From positions 27,392,001 through 27,456,000 of the forward strand of contig CP068257.2 in assembly GCA_009914755.4 (NCBI GenBank): a DNA stretch of 64,000 bases, in the 5' to 3' direction. The translations under genes and the position numbers were made by a program. Source of the DNA: the human T2T-CHM13v2.0 reference genome, Homo sapiens. Of the stretch, positions 30,644-45,030 are shown piece after piece (within the stretch, counting starts at the first letter, position 1; each line of letters starts with the position of its first letter). The notes below the pieces were generated by a model. That model was not told the origin of the DNA and did no database searches. It worked only from the letters and a program-made list of their open reading frames with translations.

Positions 30644-31980
30644 TAAAGCTTGATGTGCAATTCCTTTTCTAGAATATATACTATACAAATTTAGGTTCAT
30701 TATACTATACACTATATACACAAACTGGTTAATACAGTTGGATGGGTTCTTTAGATACATACTTCACATAGAGTGCAAAGACTGGGGGAACAGATCAACC
30801 AACAACTTCCCCTACCATAAGATAAAGCAGACTTCCTAGTTTAAAGCCAGAATTCAAACTGCCTTTGTGACCAAGGGTGGTGGTTATTGTCTTGCTTGAA
30901 TAATTGACATTCAAAGTTCCTAACACAGTTGGAATTTCTGCGTTCCTTATGCTGCAGTCTACTTAGCTTCTTCCGTCCCTGCTATTTTTGGTTTCCCCTT
31001 TTATTCTTAGCCACATTCTAATTTCTAGAATAAGTATTTTCTTAGGTTTCTATTTAAGAACTCAAACATATTCTTCCATTGAAAATCACCTAATAAGCTG
31101 ACAGAGAAACCCGTTAATCTGGTACATAAACATCTAGTTTCTGCTTATTTTCAATGACTTGAAACTAAATATCCAGTTCCATTTTTGGTCATCTCTTGCT
31201 ATCATAGTTCTTCCAATAAATTTGTTATAATTACCACCAACTGGTCCTTACTGTACTTAAAAGCTGAAATGTCTTTCCACTGATTTCTACTTAGGACTTA
31301 CTCCACCTTTAATATGACATATGACTTTTACCTAATGGATGTATACTGTCCCTCTAGCAAATTAAAATTTTCTATTAAGTACTTATAAATAGTCATTGCT
31401 TATTAATTACTTCTAGAATTTTGTGGGGAAATGTATTTAATTAAGTTTGCCAGAAAATACCTTTTGGAAAAATAATTATGATTTCAGGTTTACTTCTATA
31501 TATAGAACAGTCTACCACAATTCTTCAAAAAAAAAAAAAAAGGGTAGAAATATGATTTTAAACACCTTTAACATCTTTTAGTATCTCAAGCTGTAATTTG
31601 TCATAGCAGAAAAAATTTTCAATGCCCAGTCCTCTTATCTGCAGACAGCTAGAGACTCCATTTTCCTTCAAGCTGATGGTCTGCAATGTCTGCTTGAGAG
31701 CTTTATGGTCCTTCCAAATTCCATGTTAGTATTATATATTAAATTTACTCTCTAAATTATTTGTACAAATGGGTTCTAAGGCTAAAAGGTTTGAAAGTTA
31801 TATATTCAATACAATTTATAATAGAAGAAAAAAATTGGAGGGGGGCACATAGTATCTCTAATAGGTGAGGACTAAGAATCCTTTGAATTAGAACTATGCT
31901 ATGTTCTAGTTCTGGGAAAATATACTATTAAACAGTATGCAAATGAGTATTTTTAAAGATCAAAATTTCACTTTGCTCAC

Positions 31981-32100
31981 CTGATCCACTCTAAGTACAG
32001 TGACTGCAGCATTAGTAGCGAGTTTGATAGCCCAATATTTTCCCAGGTAAGTATCTAGAATACCAGCTTCCAGCATGTCCTTTACAGCAGGGACTTCAGC
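31981..32100 (-). CDS. CCT8: CCT8 coding exon 14 (AEVPAVKDMLEAGILDTYLGKYWAIKLATNAAVTVLRVDQ)
   Basis: Minus-strand acceptor gtttgacAG|GCTGAA, donor GTGAGC (plus 31979-31980 ac); 120 nt phase 0-0. Confidence 0.9.
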
Positions 32101-32692
32101 CTGTCAAACACAATTTTCATCCTTTCATTTAAAATCCTTTTATGTGAAAATGTTTACACCCACAAAAAGCCTCACATAGCTCCTTAAATAGTACTGGAAA
32201 GTAACCAAGCACAGTCCTACCTTATAGAGTCATCCTTTAGTATGTGAGGATTGGTTCTAGCACCTCCAAGGATGCCAAAATCTGTGGATGCTCAAATCCC
32301 TTACATAAAATGGCATGGTGTTTGGATATAATCTATGCACATCCTCTCATATACTTTAAATCGTCTCCAGATTAATTATATAACATAGTGTAAATAGTTG
32401 TTATAGTGTATTTTTAAATGTCTTTAGTTTTTCCAAATATTTTCAATCTGTGGTTGGTTGAATCAATGGATACAGAACTGGGCTGACTACACACTACAGA
32501 ACAAAAGACTATCAATAAAACAGAAGGAAAATGAAACGTTCCTCCATCAGACAACCTATGTAAAAACTAAGAAAATAATCTGCTCCCAAATCAGAACACT
32601 GTTTCTCATTGATATTTCTTTTAAACTCATACTATTTTTAGGTTGTGCATTCCCCAAATAAAGCAATTTAAGTTCAGTGTTTTTTCAAATAC

Positions 32693-32857
32693 CTCAATAT
32701 CTAATCCAACGTTTTTATTTCCTTCTTGATGTACTGCATAAAGTTTAGAGATTACTTCATTGGCCTTAACTCCAGAGTTTTCTGCCAGTGCGCGGGGAAT
32801 AGCTTCAAATGCCTCAGCAAACTTCTTAATAGCATACTGTTCAAGTCCAGGACATGT
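32693..32857 (-). CDS. CCT8: CCT8 coding exon 13 (TCPGLEQYAIKKFAEAFEAIPRALAENSGVKANEVISKLYAVHQEGNKNVGLDIE)
   Basis: Minus-strand acceptor gttttAG|ACATGT, donor GTATTT; 165 nt. Confidence 0.9.
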
Positions 32858-32935
32858 CTAAAACAAAAATGCGTTAATTACTGTCTTTTATTCAAGCAAT
32901 GGAAAGAAAGTCAATTTATACAGAAAAAGCTGTAC

Positions 32936-33007
32936 CTCTCCATATGATGTGATCTGTTTGGCTAATTCAATTTCTGTTGCTCCACCTCCGGGTACAAGAC
33001 GTTTATC
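32936..33007 (-). CDS. CCT8: CCT8 coding exon 12 (DKRLVPGGGATEIELAKQITSYGE; chaperonin GGG ATP-binding motif)
   Basis: Minus-strand acceptor catacAG|GATAAA, donor GTACAG; overlaps ORF 32888..33130(-) in track. Confidence 0.92.
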
Positions 33008-33567
33008 CTGTATGTAGCGCCCCCACCAAAAAAAAAATGAACACAAAACAAATTCACTAAAAATCAGTTTGCAGTTTTCTAATCTTTTCACATTCCAGTA
33101 CCCCACCAAACAGGAGTTTTTATCAGTCATTGTTACTCAAATACATATTACAAATTTGGTAAAAATGAGTGGGTGGGGCAAATTTTCTTAGTGCACAGTG
33201 TCTGGTGTATGAAAAGGACCAAAGTGAAGAATGGGAATAGTACCGTATCATTTTTGCATATCCACAGATATAGCACTAAGAACTGCTTTAGCAACTAACA
33301 GTACATTACAATGGAAAACAACGATAAACAATTTTTTTTAAAGCTCTGTTTTGCTGTTAACTCCTCTGTACAATCTTTTTTGGAAACTATCATATTCACT
33401 AACAATGGACACTTAAGTCTTAGGTAAAAACAAAAACAGGTGCTTCATTTCATATAAACCACTCATTCTGAAGTTCTCATGATGTGCAAGAGTCTGCAAA
33501 CTGTACTTTTAAGACCATACAAATTACTCAGACCTTACAAACTACTAAGAATATTGCTGATACTGAC

Positions 33568-33683
33568 CCTTGTAAGAACTTTGAAAGTATTAACACCATC
33601 GTCTACTGCCCTTTCTATGTCATCCATCAGATTGTCTGTAGAGCCTCGAAGTACTATGGTAGAAATGGCGCCATCTTCCTTTT
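33568..33683 (-). CDS. CCT8: CCT8 coding exon 11 ((E)KEDGAISTIVLRGSTDNLMDDIERAVDDGVNTFKVLTR)
   Basis: Minus-strand acceptor ttgatAG|AAAAGG, donor GTCAGT; 116 nt. Confidence 0.88.
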
Positions 33684-33767
33684 CTATCAAAAAATTAAAT
33701 ATATTTGGTGATTAAATACAAGAAGCTAAAGCCCTACACTTAAACATGTTTTACCATTCCTACATAC

Positions 33768-33855
33768 CATGCTTAAAAACCACCACCTGAGTATCTCCAA
33801 CTTCTGAGAGGTAAACACTGTCACAGTGTCCCATTTCTTCAAGGACAGGAGGTGT
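33768..33855 (-). CDS. CCT8: CCT8 coding exon 10 (TPPVLEEMGHCDSVYLSEVGDTQVVVFKH + G)
   Basis: Minus-strand acceptor ttcttacAG|ACACCT, donor GTATGT. Confidence 0.9.
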
Positions 33856-33929
33856 CTGTAAGAAAGTGACTGTTGTAATAAAAATTCCATCTTGTTCAAC
33901 TATCTTTTAGTGTTTTCCAAAATACATAC

Positions 33930-33996
33930 CAATCTAGGAAGAGCTGTAGCACCAACAGTTTTACAAAGTCTTCGGAGATCCCATTTTGAGTTTAGC
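33930..33996 (-). CDS. CCT8: CCT8 coding exon 9 ((R)LNSKWDLRRLCKTVGATALPRL)
   Basis: Minus-strand acceptor ttttaaAG|GCTAAAC, donor GTATGT; 67 nt, phase fits exon 8 ending with AG. Confidence 0.88.
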
Positions 33997-34791
33997 CTTT
34001 AAAAAACACAAAGACCTTAATAAAAGTTTTAATCAATTTCAGATAGCATATAAAGTTCAAATTAAAGAGGAACCTGTATACCAGCCCCCATGTCACATTC
34101 CTTTGACAATGGATTTTAACTCAGAACATGTCTGGATTGCAATGAACACTAAGGCCAGGAAGCTGATTCCTGACTCTCTGAGTGAGTCCAGCTGGCCAAT
34201 AGTACCACATCTTAAGCCTGTGTTGTATGGCATTGTTCTAGAATTGGGAGAATGGAAGTCACTTTAGGATGTCAGTGGTTTATAGTTCTAAAACACCAGA
34301 GAAACCCTTACAAAACTCAACAGCATATAGAAAATTTTTGCTTTACTTTGTGCAATCAATGTTCTGTGAACAAGAGTGATTTATTTTGCACATTTTATTA
34401 GGTACTAGGGATGGTGGTAGGTAGAAATGGGTTAAGTTGTCTAGTGTGCACCATAAATGTGTTCATGGATTAAAAGGGATCTTCCTGACTCCATACTCTG
34501 ATAGGCAATGCACCAAGCTTGTGTCTAGTCTCTTGGACAAGTTGTTCCTTTTGCCTGGAATGCTTTTCCCTCTTCAATTATCTGGTAATTGGTTCTTCAA
34601 GCTCTCAGCTTAAATTTATGTTTTCTCAGAGGTGTTTCCTGACCCCTCCCCAAACTAAATCCTTCTGCTATTTGACCTAGTACCTTTACTTTCCCTTTAT
34701 TAACAGTCTTCATGGTCTATTTCGTTTAGTGTTTTCACCACCAAAAAACCATTTATGATATAGGTAAAAAAAAAAATCGGCTTTTTCTTAC

Positions 34792-34970
34792 CTCACTAAC
34801 ATGATATTATATTTATTTGCATAATGAAGAGCCATGTCTGCCACTTTGCCACCTGTTACTACGACATTTGCACCAGTATCAGCAATAGCTTTGACTTGTG
34901 CATCCATGAGGTTTTCTTCTCCCTTACTAAAATTCATCAATTCTTCAGCAGTCTTTATCAACACTGTTCC
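34792..34970 (-). CDS. CCT8: CCT8 coding exon 8 (GTVLIKTAEELMNFSKGEENLMDAQVKAIADTGANVVVTGGKVADMALHYANKYNIMLV + ag)
   Basis: Matches minus ORF 34788..34982 in track; acceptor ttgccAG|GGAACA, donor AG|GTAAGA. Confidence 0.92.
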
Positions 34971-35212
34971 CTGGCAAAACAAGTAAACATTCCCTTTAAA
35001 ATCATTTCACTACGTTGGTGTTCAAAGTCATTAGATAATAGTTGACTGAAGAAATAAAGGTTTGGCAAAAAAATATGAAGATATATGTGCATATATTATG
35101 AAGCAGCAGAATACTGTATGTGTGAAATAGAAACTCAGCTTGCTTCTAGAACCCCCTGTCAAAACAGATGCATCTGCTTTTGATAAGTACTTAGGTGGAA
35201 AAGTACTTTTAT

Positions 35213-35482
35213 CTATTTATTTATTTTGAGACAGAGTCTCACTCTGTCACCATGCTGGAGTGCAGGCAGGATCTCGGCTCACCGCAACCTCTGACTCCCT
35301 GGTTCAAGCGATTCTCCTGCCTCAGCCTCCCAAGTAGCTGGGATTACAGGCAAGCGCCACCACGCCCAGCTAATTTTTGCATTTTTAGTAGAGACGGGGT
35401 TTCACCATGTTGGCCAGGCTGGTCTTGAACTCCTGACCTCGTGATTTGCCTGCCTTGGCCTATGCTGGGATTACAGGCGTGA
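35213..35482 (-). mobile_element. Alu
   Basis: Antisense Alu consensus. Confidence 0.88.
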
Positions 35483-35568
35483 GATACCGTGCCCGGCCGA
35501 GAAGTGCTTTTATTTTAAATATGTCAGGTAGGTAGGTGTCCTGGTGTTTGTCTTTTGACAAAGGCTAA

Positions 35569-35878
<310 letters not shown>

Positions 35879-36408
35879 AATAAAATACAATAAAATAAAA
35901 TATGGACCAAATGACCAGACCCCCCTCATGCTACAAAATTTTAAAACTATCAACAACTTGGATTTCAAGAATTCTAGAGATGAAGTCAGCCACTATTGAC
36001 TATAAACACAAACTTCAAACTTTCTAACATGTATTTTTAGAAACATACTTACCATTTTCAAATTACATTAGCTTATCTTGTTTTAGGATGCTACAGAATG
36101 TCAACTTTATTTTCGTGAAGAGCACACAAAATACTCACATTCTCATATTCTTTCACTTGCTGAATGTATAAGCTCTACTAGAAGGGCTGTGTGTCAGATT
36201 ATAAATAATACGGCCACCATCTTTATATTTCCAGTTTAATGTTCAGTAGTTGAATTAGATATTTGAAGACTATAAATCTGGCATAAAAAAATAGGTAAGA
36301 TCCTGCAATGTTCAGTTTTTTAAGAAGTACTTACTGGTTTAAGAGCTAACTCAAACAATCTGAAAGTGCAACCCCAATTATTACTTTTAAGGTTTGAAGT
36401 CTACATAC

Positions 36409-36546
36409 CTTAGTTTCTGTTATCATGCCATCAAAAGGACAAGAGTACACTGCTATTTTTGCATCTTTGACAGATGTTACATCACCTTCGGTTTCCTTCT
36501 TAAAAACCATGCCATGCAATACTGAAGAGGAACTGATACCAGAGCC
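36409..36546 (-). CDS. CCT8: CCT8 coding exon 7 (GSGISSSSVLHGMVFKKETEGDVTSVKDAKIAVYSCPFDGMITETK)
   Basis: Minus-strand acceptor tccttAG|GGCTCT, donor GTATGT; 138 nt. Confidence 0.9.
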
Positions 36547-37243
36547 CTAAGGAATTGAATACCAAACTCATCAGCAATCTCCTGAAAATAACATTACGGT
36601 CAAACTGTTGATTCTCCATATACCAAAAATATCCCTTTCTAAAATAAAGTCATAAACCAAGGCAGTGACTCCTGGGATAAGGGGTGGAGTGGTGGACATA
36701 CAGCACACCCTTCTGCTCGAGGCAGAAATCACTGAGGGAATGAGCTACTTTTAGGGAGGGGAGGTCCTTCCATGTACTGGGAAGAACCAAAGGCAGAGAA
36801 CTGGTCTTAGCCATTCAGTTACCTAGTACTTGGTGCCAATATACCAGCCACAGCTGTCAGTACTGCAAATACAACACAGAACAAAGCAAAGATTCTGTTC
36901 TCACAAGGTTGCATTTAATGGGAAAAGCTGGCAGTACGTGGAGGGAGACAGCAAACATAGAACACGTGAGTATCTTCAGGGAAAGCACATGTACTTATGT
37001 TATGCTAAATTCACATTAACAATCAGAATGCCAATGTGCAAAACCAAAACCATTCCACTGATAGGTTTTACTCTATCAAGCACATTTTATCAAAAATATA
37101 CTTTAATATTTCAATACTAACATTAAAGTGTGAATTCTATTATTGAAGAGGAATAGGACGATTTCCACCCCACTCAAAACTGTCTTATAAGCTTATTATA
37201 ATTCAGAGTATTATGAAGAACACAAAAAAATTAGTATTTTGCG

Positions 37244-37560
<317 letters not shown>

Positions 37561-37697
37561 TTATTCTTAAACCCACAAGACATCACAGAAAATGACTTTA
37601 TAAGGAGATAATATGTCAATATCCTTTTAAACTTAAATAGGTAGTAGTATTATTACAACTTAGCAACATCAAAATGTTACAAAATAATGCCTCAAAG

Positions 37698-37992
37698 GCC
37701 AGGCACGGTGGTTCACGCCTGTTAATCCCAGCACTTTGGGAGGCCAAGGCAGGTGGATCACCTGAGGTCGGGAGTTCGAGACCAGCCTGACCAACACGGA
37801 GAAACCCCATCTCTACTAAAAATACAAAATTAGCCGGGTGTGGTGGCGCATGCCTGTAATCCCAGCTACTCGGGAGGCTGGGACTGGAGAATCACTTGAA
37901 CCGGGAGGCGGAGGTTGCGGTGAGCCGAGGTCATGTCATTGCACTCCAACCTGGGCAACAAGAGCGAGACTCCGTCTCAAAAATAAATAAGT
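37698..37992 (+). mobile_element. Alu
   Basis: Sense Alu consensus. Confidence 0.9.
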
Positions 37993-38154
37993 ACATAAAT
38001 AAAAATAATGCCTCAAAAAAAGTCCTAAGTGTTCAAATCATGAAGTAACATTTAGGTTTAGATGAACACATTTTTTTTTTTTTGCACAAAAAAACAAAAA
38101 AAGCACACAAAAAAACTGACCTAGATATGTAGCATTAATGCATTTTCTACTTAC

Positions 38155-38216
38155 CAGAATTTTACAAACTCTGATGTTATCAACATTGAAATGGCCGGAA
38201 TCAGGAAAAATAGATA
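38155..38216 (-). CDS. CCT8: CCT8 coding exon 6 ((V)SIFPDSGHFNVDNIRVCKIL)
   Basis: Minus-strand acceptor cttaacAG|TATCTA, donor GTAAGT; part of minus ORF 38038..38259. Confidence 0.9.
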
Positions 38217-38329
38217 CTGTTAAGAAAATGAGACATATCAAAAGATTATTTTGGGACAACAGAGAAAGTATCTAGTCATGTTAAAGGTATTTTTATTTTG
38301 GATCTTTTCATTTACTGATATTTACTTAC

Positions 38330-38510
38330 CGCATGCCTGAGCAATAAGCTTGGCCAGAAATACTTCATTACCATATTGTTTACTCATTATGGAGGTACGA
38401 AGTAGAGATGAGACTTCATCAATATCTCGAAGGTTTTTTGCAGAACAACATACCAAATTAGGAAGAATCTCATGAGCTTTTCTGCAGGCTATTTCATAAC
38501 CTTCTATGAC
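38330..38510 (-). CDS. CCT8: CCT8 coding exon 5 (VIEGYEIACRKAHEILPNLVCCSAKNLRDIDEVSSLLRTSIMSKQYGNEVFLAKLIAQAC + G)
   Basis: Minus-strand acceptor gttttAG|GTCATAG, donor GTAAGT; 181 nt. Confidence 0.9.
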
Positions 38511-38994
38511 CTAAAACATAAACAACATTTCCTATTCTGACATGACTTAAAGTAGCTTATTTTGGTAACCCAATGCATATGGATGTTTATTTTTGATACA
38601 AAATGACAAAGAATATACTTCGGAATAAAACATATAGTAGACTCTACTAGTTATGAATGGAGGCTTAGATGACAGCCCAAATTTGAATCTTAACTCTACC
38701 TAACTCACTAGCTATGAGATCTTGGGCAAGATTTTTCTAATTTTAGTCTCTTTTCTCATCTAAAATAAAGTGGGAAAAAAAATAGATAAAATGGGATTAT
38801 AAGGCCTCACTAATAGGGTTTTTGTGAGACTAAAATGATACAGCATGTGAAGCATATGTACTATAATGGCTGGTACAGAGCAAACTGCTCAGTGCATGTT
38901 AGCTACTACTATAATAATGATTTTAGTTTATGTTTTAAGCAGGTGTATATGTAAGCAAAAATTTAGTAGGAGTAAATTATAAATGAACACTTGC

Positions 38995-39144
38995 CTCTGA
39001 AACTGACAGGCCAATCCTCAGAAGTTCTTCAGCTAATTCCAGGAGAGCTCCAGCAAATACCAGAACAAAGTTTGTGCCATCTCCAACTTCTTGCTCTTGC
39101 ATATGAGAAGCCATTACAATCATTTTTGCAGCAGGATGCTGTAC
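38995..39144 (-). CDS. CCT8: CCT8 coding exon 4 (VQHPAAKMIVMASHMQEQEVGDGTNFVLVFAGALLELAEELLRIGLSVSE)
   Basis: Minus-strand acceptor ctAG|GTACAGC; exon ends ...TCAGAG followed by GCAAGT (GC donor, plus 38989-38994); 150 nt phase 0-0. Confidence 0.88.
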
Positions 39145-39850
39145 CTAGTAGAAAAGGTAATATCAAGTTAAACATCTGATCCTTAAAGCAACATAAAATT
39201 GTTCATTTCCATTTCTTAAATAGACTCAATTTTCTTGTAGATTAGGTAACTCCATCTGATCACACTGCTACACTGCTATACGCTACTTATAGTGTGGTCA
39301 CAAGAAAAAATCCAAGTCCCTTTATGCCGATCAGCACAAATGTATCAATATAAATAAGAATTTCAAAGTGCATCCTCTTTTGGTGGCCTGCACATACAGT
39401 GCCACACATATGTTTCACCATATCATATTTCACTAAATTAAAAAACAAAGTAATTACAACCACCAAACCTAGATATTTTTTAAAAGCCTTCAGGAGAACT
39501 AAAATAGATACCACTTAACTTGGTCATGACTCTCAATATCTATTTTACTATATATTCTTGTTGTAAGGGTTATCATTTGTGATTTAAAGAAAAGGGGGAG
39601 TATAAAACTTTTCTTCAAATATAACATAATTTTATGTGGATTTTATTCTTAGGATTTAATTTTAGATACCTTTACAGAAACAAGCCAAGGAGTAAGAACT
39701 GAGAGCAACAAGAAAACTATAAAAAGTCAGCCCTGTGATTTTATTATTTTGACGGTATCACCACTGTACTTTAATAACTCCTGAGATCATCAGTGTGCAA
39801 CATTAACATTCACAGTGACAAACCCTTGTACAAGTGTTTTGTGGAGTTAA

Positions 39851-40225
<375 letters not shown>

Positions 40226-40861
40226 TAGAAAAATGTTGATTCTTCTATCGTTTCATTTAAAACAAAAGATTAAGTTCTAGTGCTTTCAAGGGCTAAGCTT
40301 CAGGAAAATTCCCTGAGGTTGAATATGTTATCCTTTAATTACAAGGCGGGAATGAGGAATGGCTCTCTCTGCCTGTTCAGGTGCCAGACCTTCCTTATAA
40401 CCCTGCTGGCAGGCAGTATCTATTTTATAGATTCTAATAGTAAAACTAAAGCTGAACAAAGTAAAATGCCATCAACTGATTGTTTTTATTTTCACAAAAC
40501 CAAATGGTTGGATCTTTTTAAAAACCACTGTTATATGTATACGTTTTTGCACTGTGGAATAATTCACTTCAGAGTCACCCTATAGAATGAAGACAATGGT
40601 AATCAATTTCATATCGTAATTAGCAATGTATCACAACCAATCCCTCCATAAATTAATAACTTGAGAGATTTTTAAGATTTCAGTGGCTAAAACATTCAAT
40701 CTAAAGAGGACTCTTTATAATTAGAACAATCTGTACAATAAATTTTCAAGCTGGAAAAATAGTCCCTTATCCAATCTGAAATAAGAGATTTCTTCTAGTT
40801 AAAATCTACTTAATTTTGATGTCACCAAAATATTTCTTGACTTTTTAAAGAAACAACTTAC

Positions 40862-40941
40862 TTCTAGTTCTCTTAAAATAGTTGCTGCATCGTTTGTCAC
40901 AAACAACTTCTCCAAGTGGTTGATAACCATTTTGTTCATTC
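40862..40941 (-). CDS. CCT8: CCT8 coding exon 3 ((G)MNKMVINHLEKLFVTNDAATILRELE)
   Basis: Minus-strand acceptor cttttgAG|GAATGAAC, donor GTAAGT. Confidence 0.9.
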
Positions 40942-41685
40942 CTCAAAAGTAACAGTTAAAAAAAGAAAAAGAAAGCCATTATTAATCAAATCCTTCCCCA
41001 AATACCCAGGAAAATCTAGTTAAGAAATTATAAATTTGTATATTAAAAAAAGAGCTTTGCAAGAAAACACATACTATCTATTCTTCAAGTTTATCTTATA
41101 GCCCCATGGGCATTCTCTGACTGCAGACCCATATTCTTTCTTCCCTTTCTAATGTCCTACAATATTTACTACGTAAGATGCCAAATCTCACATTTTTGCC
41201 AATTTCTATCTTCTGTTTGCAACATGACTGTCATGCAGCAAGTGCTCAACAGAAATTAACATGTAAAAAGGCCAAAATAATCTACTTAGTATATTTAGTT
41301 GTATGTTTATTCCATGAAACTGTATCATTTAAATTTAATTGGTGGTAGAAGGCAAGAGGAAGGAGAGAATTTTCTTCCTTAAACTATGTCACTTTTATAT
41401 TTAGTGTTTGTCAGAATGAACATTAGGTACTATCTTACTAGTCAAAGTGTTATAATTTTTCTATCCTCTCAACAGGATAAAAAGTAATATATTGACCCCC
41501 ATTTTTCTAAAGAGATGTGAGTTGATTGAAAATTAGAAATAACTAAAAATTGGAAATGAACTATCATTGAGCTATCAAATTAACTTCCGAAGCCATACTA
41601 TAACATCCTCAGAACAAGTCTGAAAGAAGACGTAGTACACAATATTCTACTACTGTATCTTTACAAATATTAATTTAGAAATTAC

Positions 41686-41776
41686 CATTTGGTCCATATG
41701 CTGTACGAGTGGTTTGGGCAAGCTCCTTGCAAGCTTGTATGTTTCTATACACAGCCTCTTCTAATCCTGAAAAGTG
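41686..41776 (-). CDS. CCT8: CCT8 coding exon 2 (HFSGLEEAVYRNIQACKELAQTTRTAYGPN + G)
   Basis: Minus-strand acceptor ttaacAG|CACTTT, donor GTAATT. Confidence 0.9.
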
Positions 41777-42559
41777 CTGTTAAAAAAAACAAACAAAAAA
41801 CCCCGCTAATTAGACAGGACAGTGAAACAAAAATTTCAAATACAAGATATCTTTGCTTATATCTTGCCTCTAATAAAGAGGGAGCATAGCTTAGGTATTT
41901 GGCACAAGAGGGCTGGTTGCAAATCTTAGCTTTCTGGCTCTTTTTAAATTTGGGCAATTTTCTTAACATTTCTTCATTATAAAATGAAGTAATTATAATA
42001 GTACCTAACTCATAGGATTGTTGAGACAATCAAACAAGATTTTTTAATGTAAAACACAGCATTTGATATTCATAAATGATGCATACATTTCCTCTCTAGT
42101 TGAATGAATAAAGTATAACATTTTGGGGGACCGCAGGTACCTACTTACACATCAAAAGACTTAAAATTTTTTTTATTAAAAGTAGTGAAAAGTACAGGGA
42201 ACCATGCTAAGACTAATTAGAGAAAGGGTATGAGGTACTTCAAGTAGAATACCTTTCCAGAATTTATCAGTATTTTCTAACTAACTGTTGAAATGTGGAA
42301 TATTCTTATTGTGTTAGAATCTGGGCTTTTGTAAAGCCAGAAGTTCTTTAAGTATGTGCCACTGAAGTGTTTAGAGACTGAATACTTTTTTTGAATTGCA
42401 ACATTATCCCAATGTATATGTATTGAAAAGCGAACTGCTCACGGTACTAAAAATTCTCACAAATTCTACACTGGACTTTTTTAGAGTTGAGGTTTACTTG
42501 GGTCCTCAGATATATTTCACTAATCTACTGTGCATGAGAACATTTCTTTAGAGAAGCGC

Positions 42560-42790
42560 TGCCCAATACAGTAGCCACTAGCTACATACATGGGGCTAGT
42601 AAAAGCAATCAAAATAAACTTTCAAGTAATTAAAATTAAAAAATTCAGTTCCTCAATTGCAGGAGCCACAGTTCAAATGCCCAGTAGCTACATGTGGGTA
42701 GTGAATATCACACTGGACAGCGCTGATACAGCGTATGTCCAGCACTGCAAAAAGTTCTATTTACATAGTACTGCTTTACAATACAAGCCA
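42560..42790. mobile_element. Non-autonomous DNA-transposon-like remnant (hAT/MER-type palindromic element; family uncertain)
   Basis: Near-palindromic termini cagtagccactagctacat ... cagtagctacatgtgggtagtg and internal aattaaaattaaaaaattcag motif. Confidence 0.45.
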
Positions 42791-42801
42791 TGATTTTGTG
42801 A

Positions 42802-43124
<323 letters not shown>

Positions 43125-44970
43125 AATAGCCACTGCTTTAAAAGCATCTTCAGCAATAAGAACTGTTATTCCAGCAATAACACTTAAGTCTGAACTCCTG
43201 GCTTACACTCTTGCTTCTTCCCCTCACTCCCCATTCTGTGAGAAACTACCATTTGATCAGATCCCCTCATTCCCATACTTAAGACCCTTCAATGGTTTCC
43301 CAACCAGCTTAGGATAAAATGCAAATCCCTTTTCAAGGAAACAAGGCCCTACGTATCCCGGCCCTTGTATGGCTCCTCCTCTGAACTTACCATTCTTCCT
43401 TTCTTTGGTAAGCTTCAGCCCTACAACCTGTTGTTGTTGTTGTTGTTTTAAAAAAAAAAACAGGTCAAAATCATTCCTTCCTCAGGGTCTTTGTACTAGT
43501 TAGTCCCTGAGCCTGGCATTTCCCCCTAAGTAAGAGGTCGGGGGAAACAGCCCAGGCTCAGGGGCTTCTCTCACTAAGCACTGAGCTAAGAGTTCTTCCC
43601 TAAACGTCTAAGTGTTCTGTCTATTCCTGATCCTTCTTTTACAGACATTTTTACCTCCTGTCATCCTCTACTATAGTGCAGTTTCTTTCATCATTATTTG
43701 GAATTCTCCTTTTATTTAATCATTATTTCTGCCTTAGAAGGACATAAACTCTACGACAAATGGGACTTTTGTCTTTCACTGCAGTTCCTTCAGTACCTAT
43801 TTATTGAAAGAAATAGCTCAGTGTTCTGTAAAAAACTACTAGCACTGGAATGACAAATAATGTTTTGTGATACACGAGTTTTCCAAAACTGTATTAGTGA
43901 AAAAAACCCAAATTGGAAGCTATTATCTCAGCCTGATTTTTTCAAGGGAATCAGCCCATATCATTTTCAAAAGATTATTCCACCAACATTTACCTTGAAC
44001 CCTGACATTTACTTACTATACCGACATTATTTGAAAAGTGCATCCTACAAACATGAACCTAGTTCTATTAAACTGTTAATGCTCCCCGTACCTCGCATAA
44101 AACCTTAAATTCAACCACACTGATCTATTTCTTGAATTAACAAAATCTGGAGGACACACAGAGGAATGCAATTTGAATAGCACAAGAGACAAATTTATCA
44201 ATAGTGCAGTAAGATATTTTTTAAAACTATGCTACCGAACTAACGTTCAAGAAAAGGCCATTAAACAAAAGTGTTATCTGCACCCCTCTATCACTTATCC
44301 TGCAGATTACACAGAACTCAAAGACACCACCTCTTGGTCCAATCTCCATAATTTAAAGACGAAGGAAACAAAACCCAAGAAAGTTAGATTTTAGATTAAG
44401 CCAGCTAACATAAGTTGGGACCGGAACTCATTTGGCTACAACGCATGGCTTCTGTCAACTAAGCTGAAAGCCGTATGTTTCTCACTGGGAAGCAAGCAAC
44501 CAAGACCCGGCCCTTTTTCCCACTCTCTTCTCTGGATCGGCTAGTTCTCGTTCTTCCCCATCCTACAACTCGCGAGCTATGTGATAATCGACGTCGCAGT
44601 TCTCAAGACAATTTCATCTACGTTATTCAATTTCACCCTCACAACCTCCTTTAAGGGTGACGGGCCTTAGCCCCATTTATGGATGGAGGCAAAACGCACG
44701 CGCGGCTTCACATCCGTCCACCTTCAAGGTGTACAATGTCGATCGTGCCGCCGATCCCTCGGCCTTCTCCCGGTCGCGGAAGAAGAGAAGTGCCCGCAGG
44801 CTCCGGTGGCCGAGCCCTTCCAAAATCACCTCCCTTTCTGGAATCTTCTCTTCCCCCGGCCGCTGAGCCAGGGCAGCACGCTCAGCCCGTTACTAGGCCC
44901 TCCTACTTCGCCGCGGCCGCCGCAGCCCTATGCTGACGCTCCCACCTCATTCCTTTCCTTCAGCCCTTAC

Positions 44971-45030
44971 TTTCGCTCCCTCCTTGAGCATCTGGGCAAA
45001 GCCCGGAGCCTTGGGAACGTGAAGCGCCAT
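44971..45030 (-). CDS. CCT8: CCT8 coding exon 1 (MALHVPKAPGFAQMLKEGAK)
   Basis: ATG = plus cat 45028-45030; donor GTAAGG = plus ccttac 44965-44970; inside CpG island. Confidence 0.9.
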
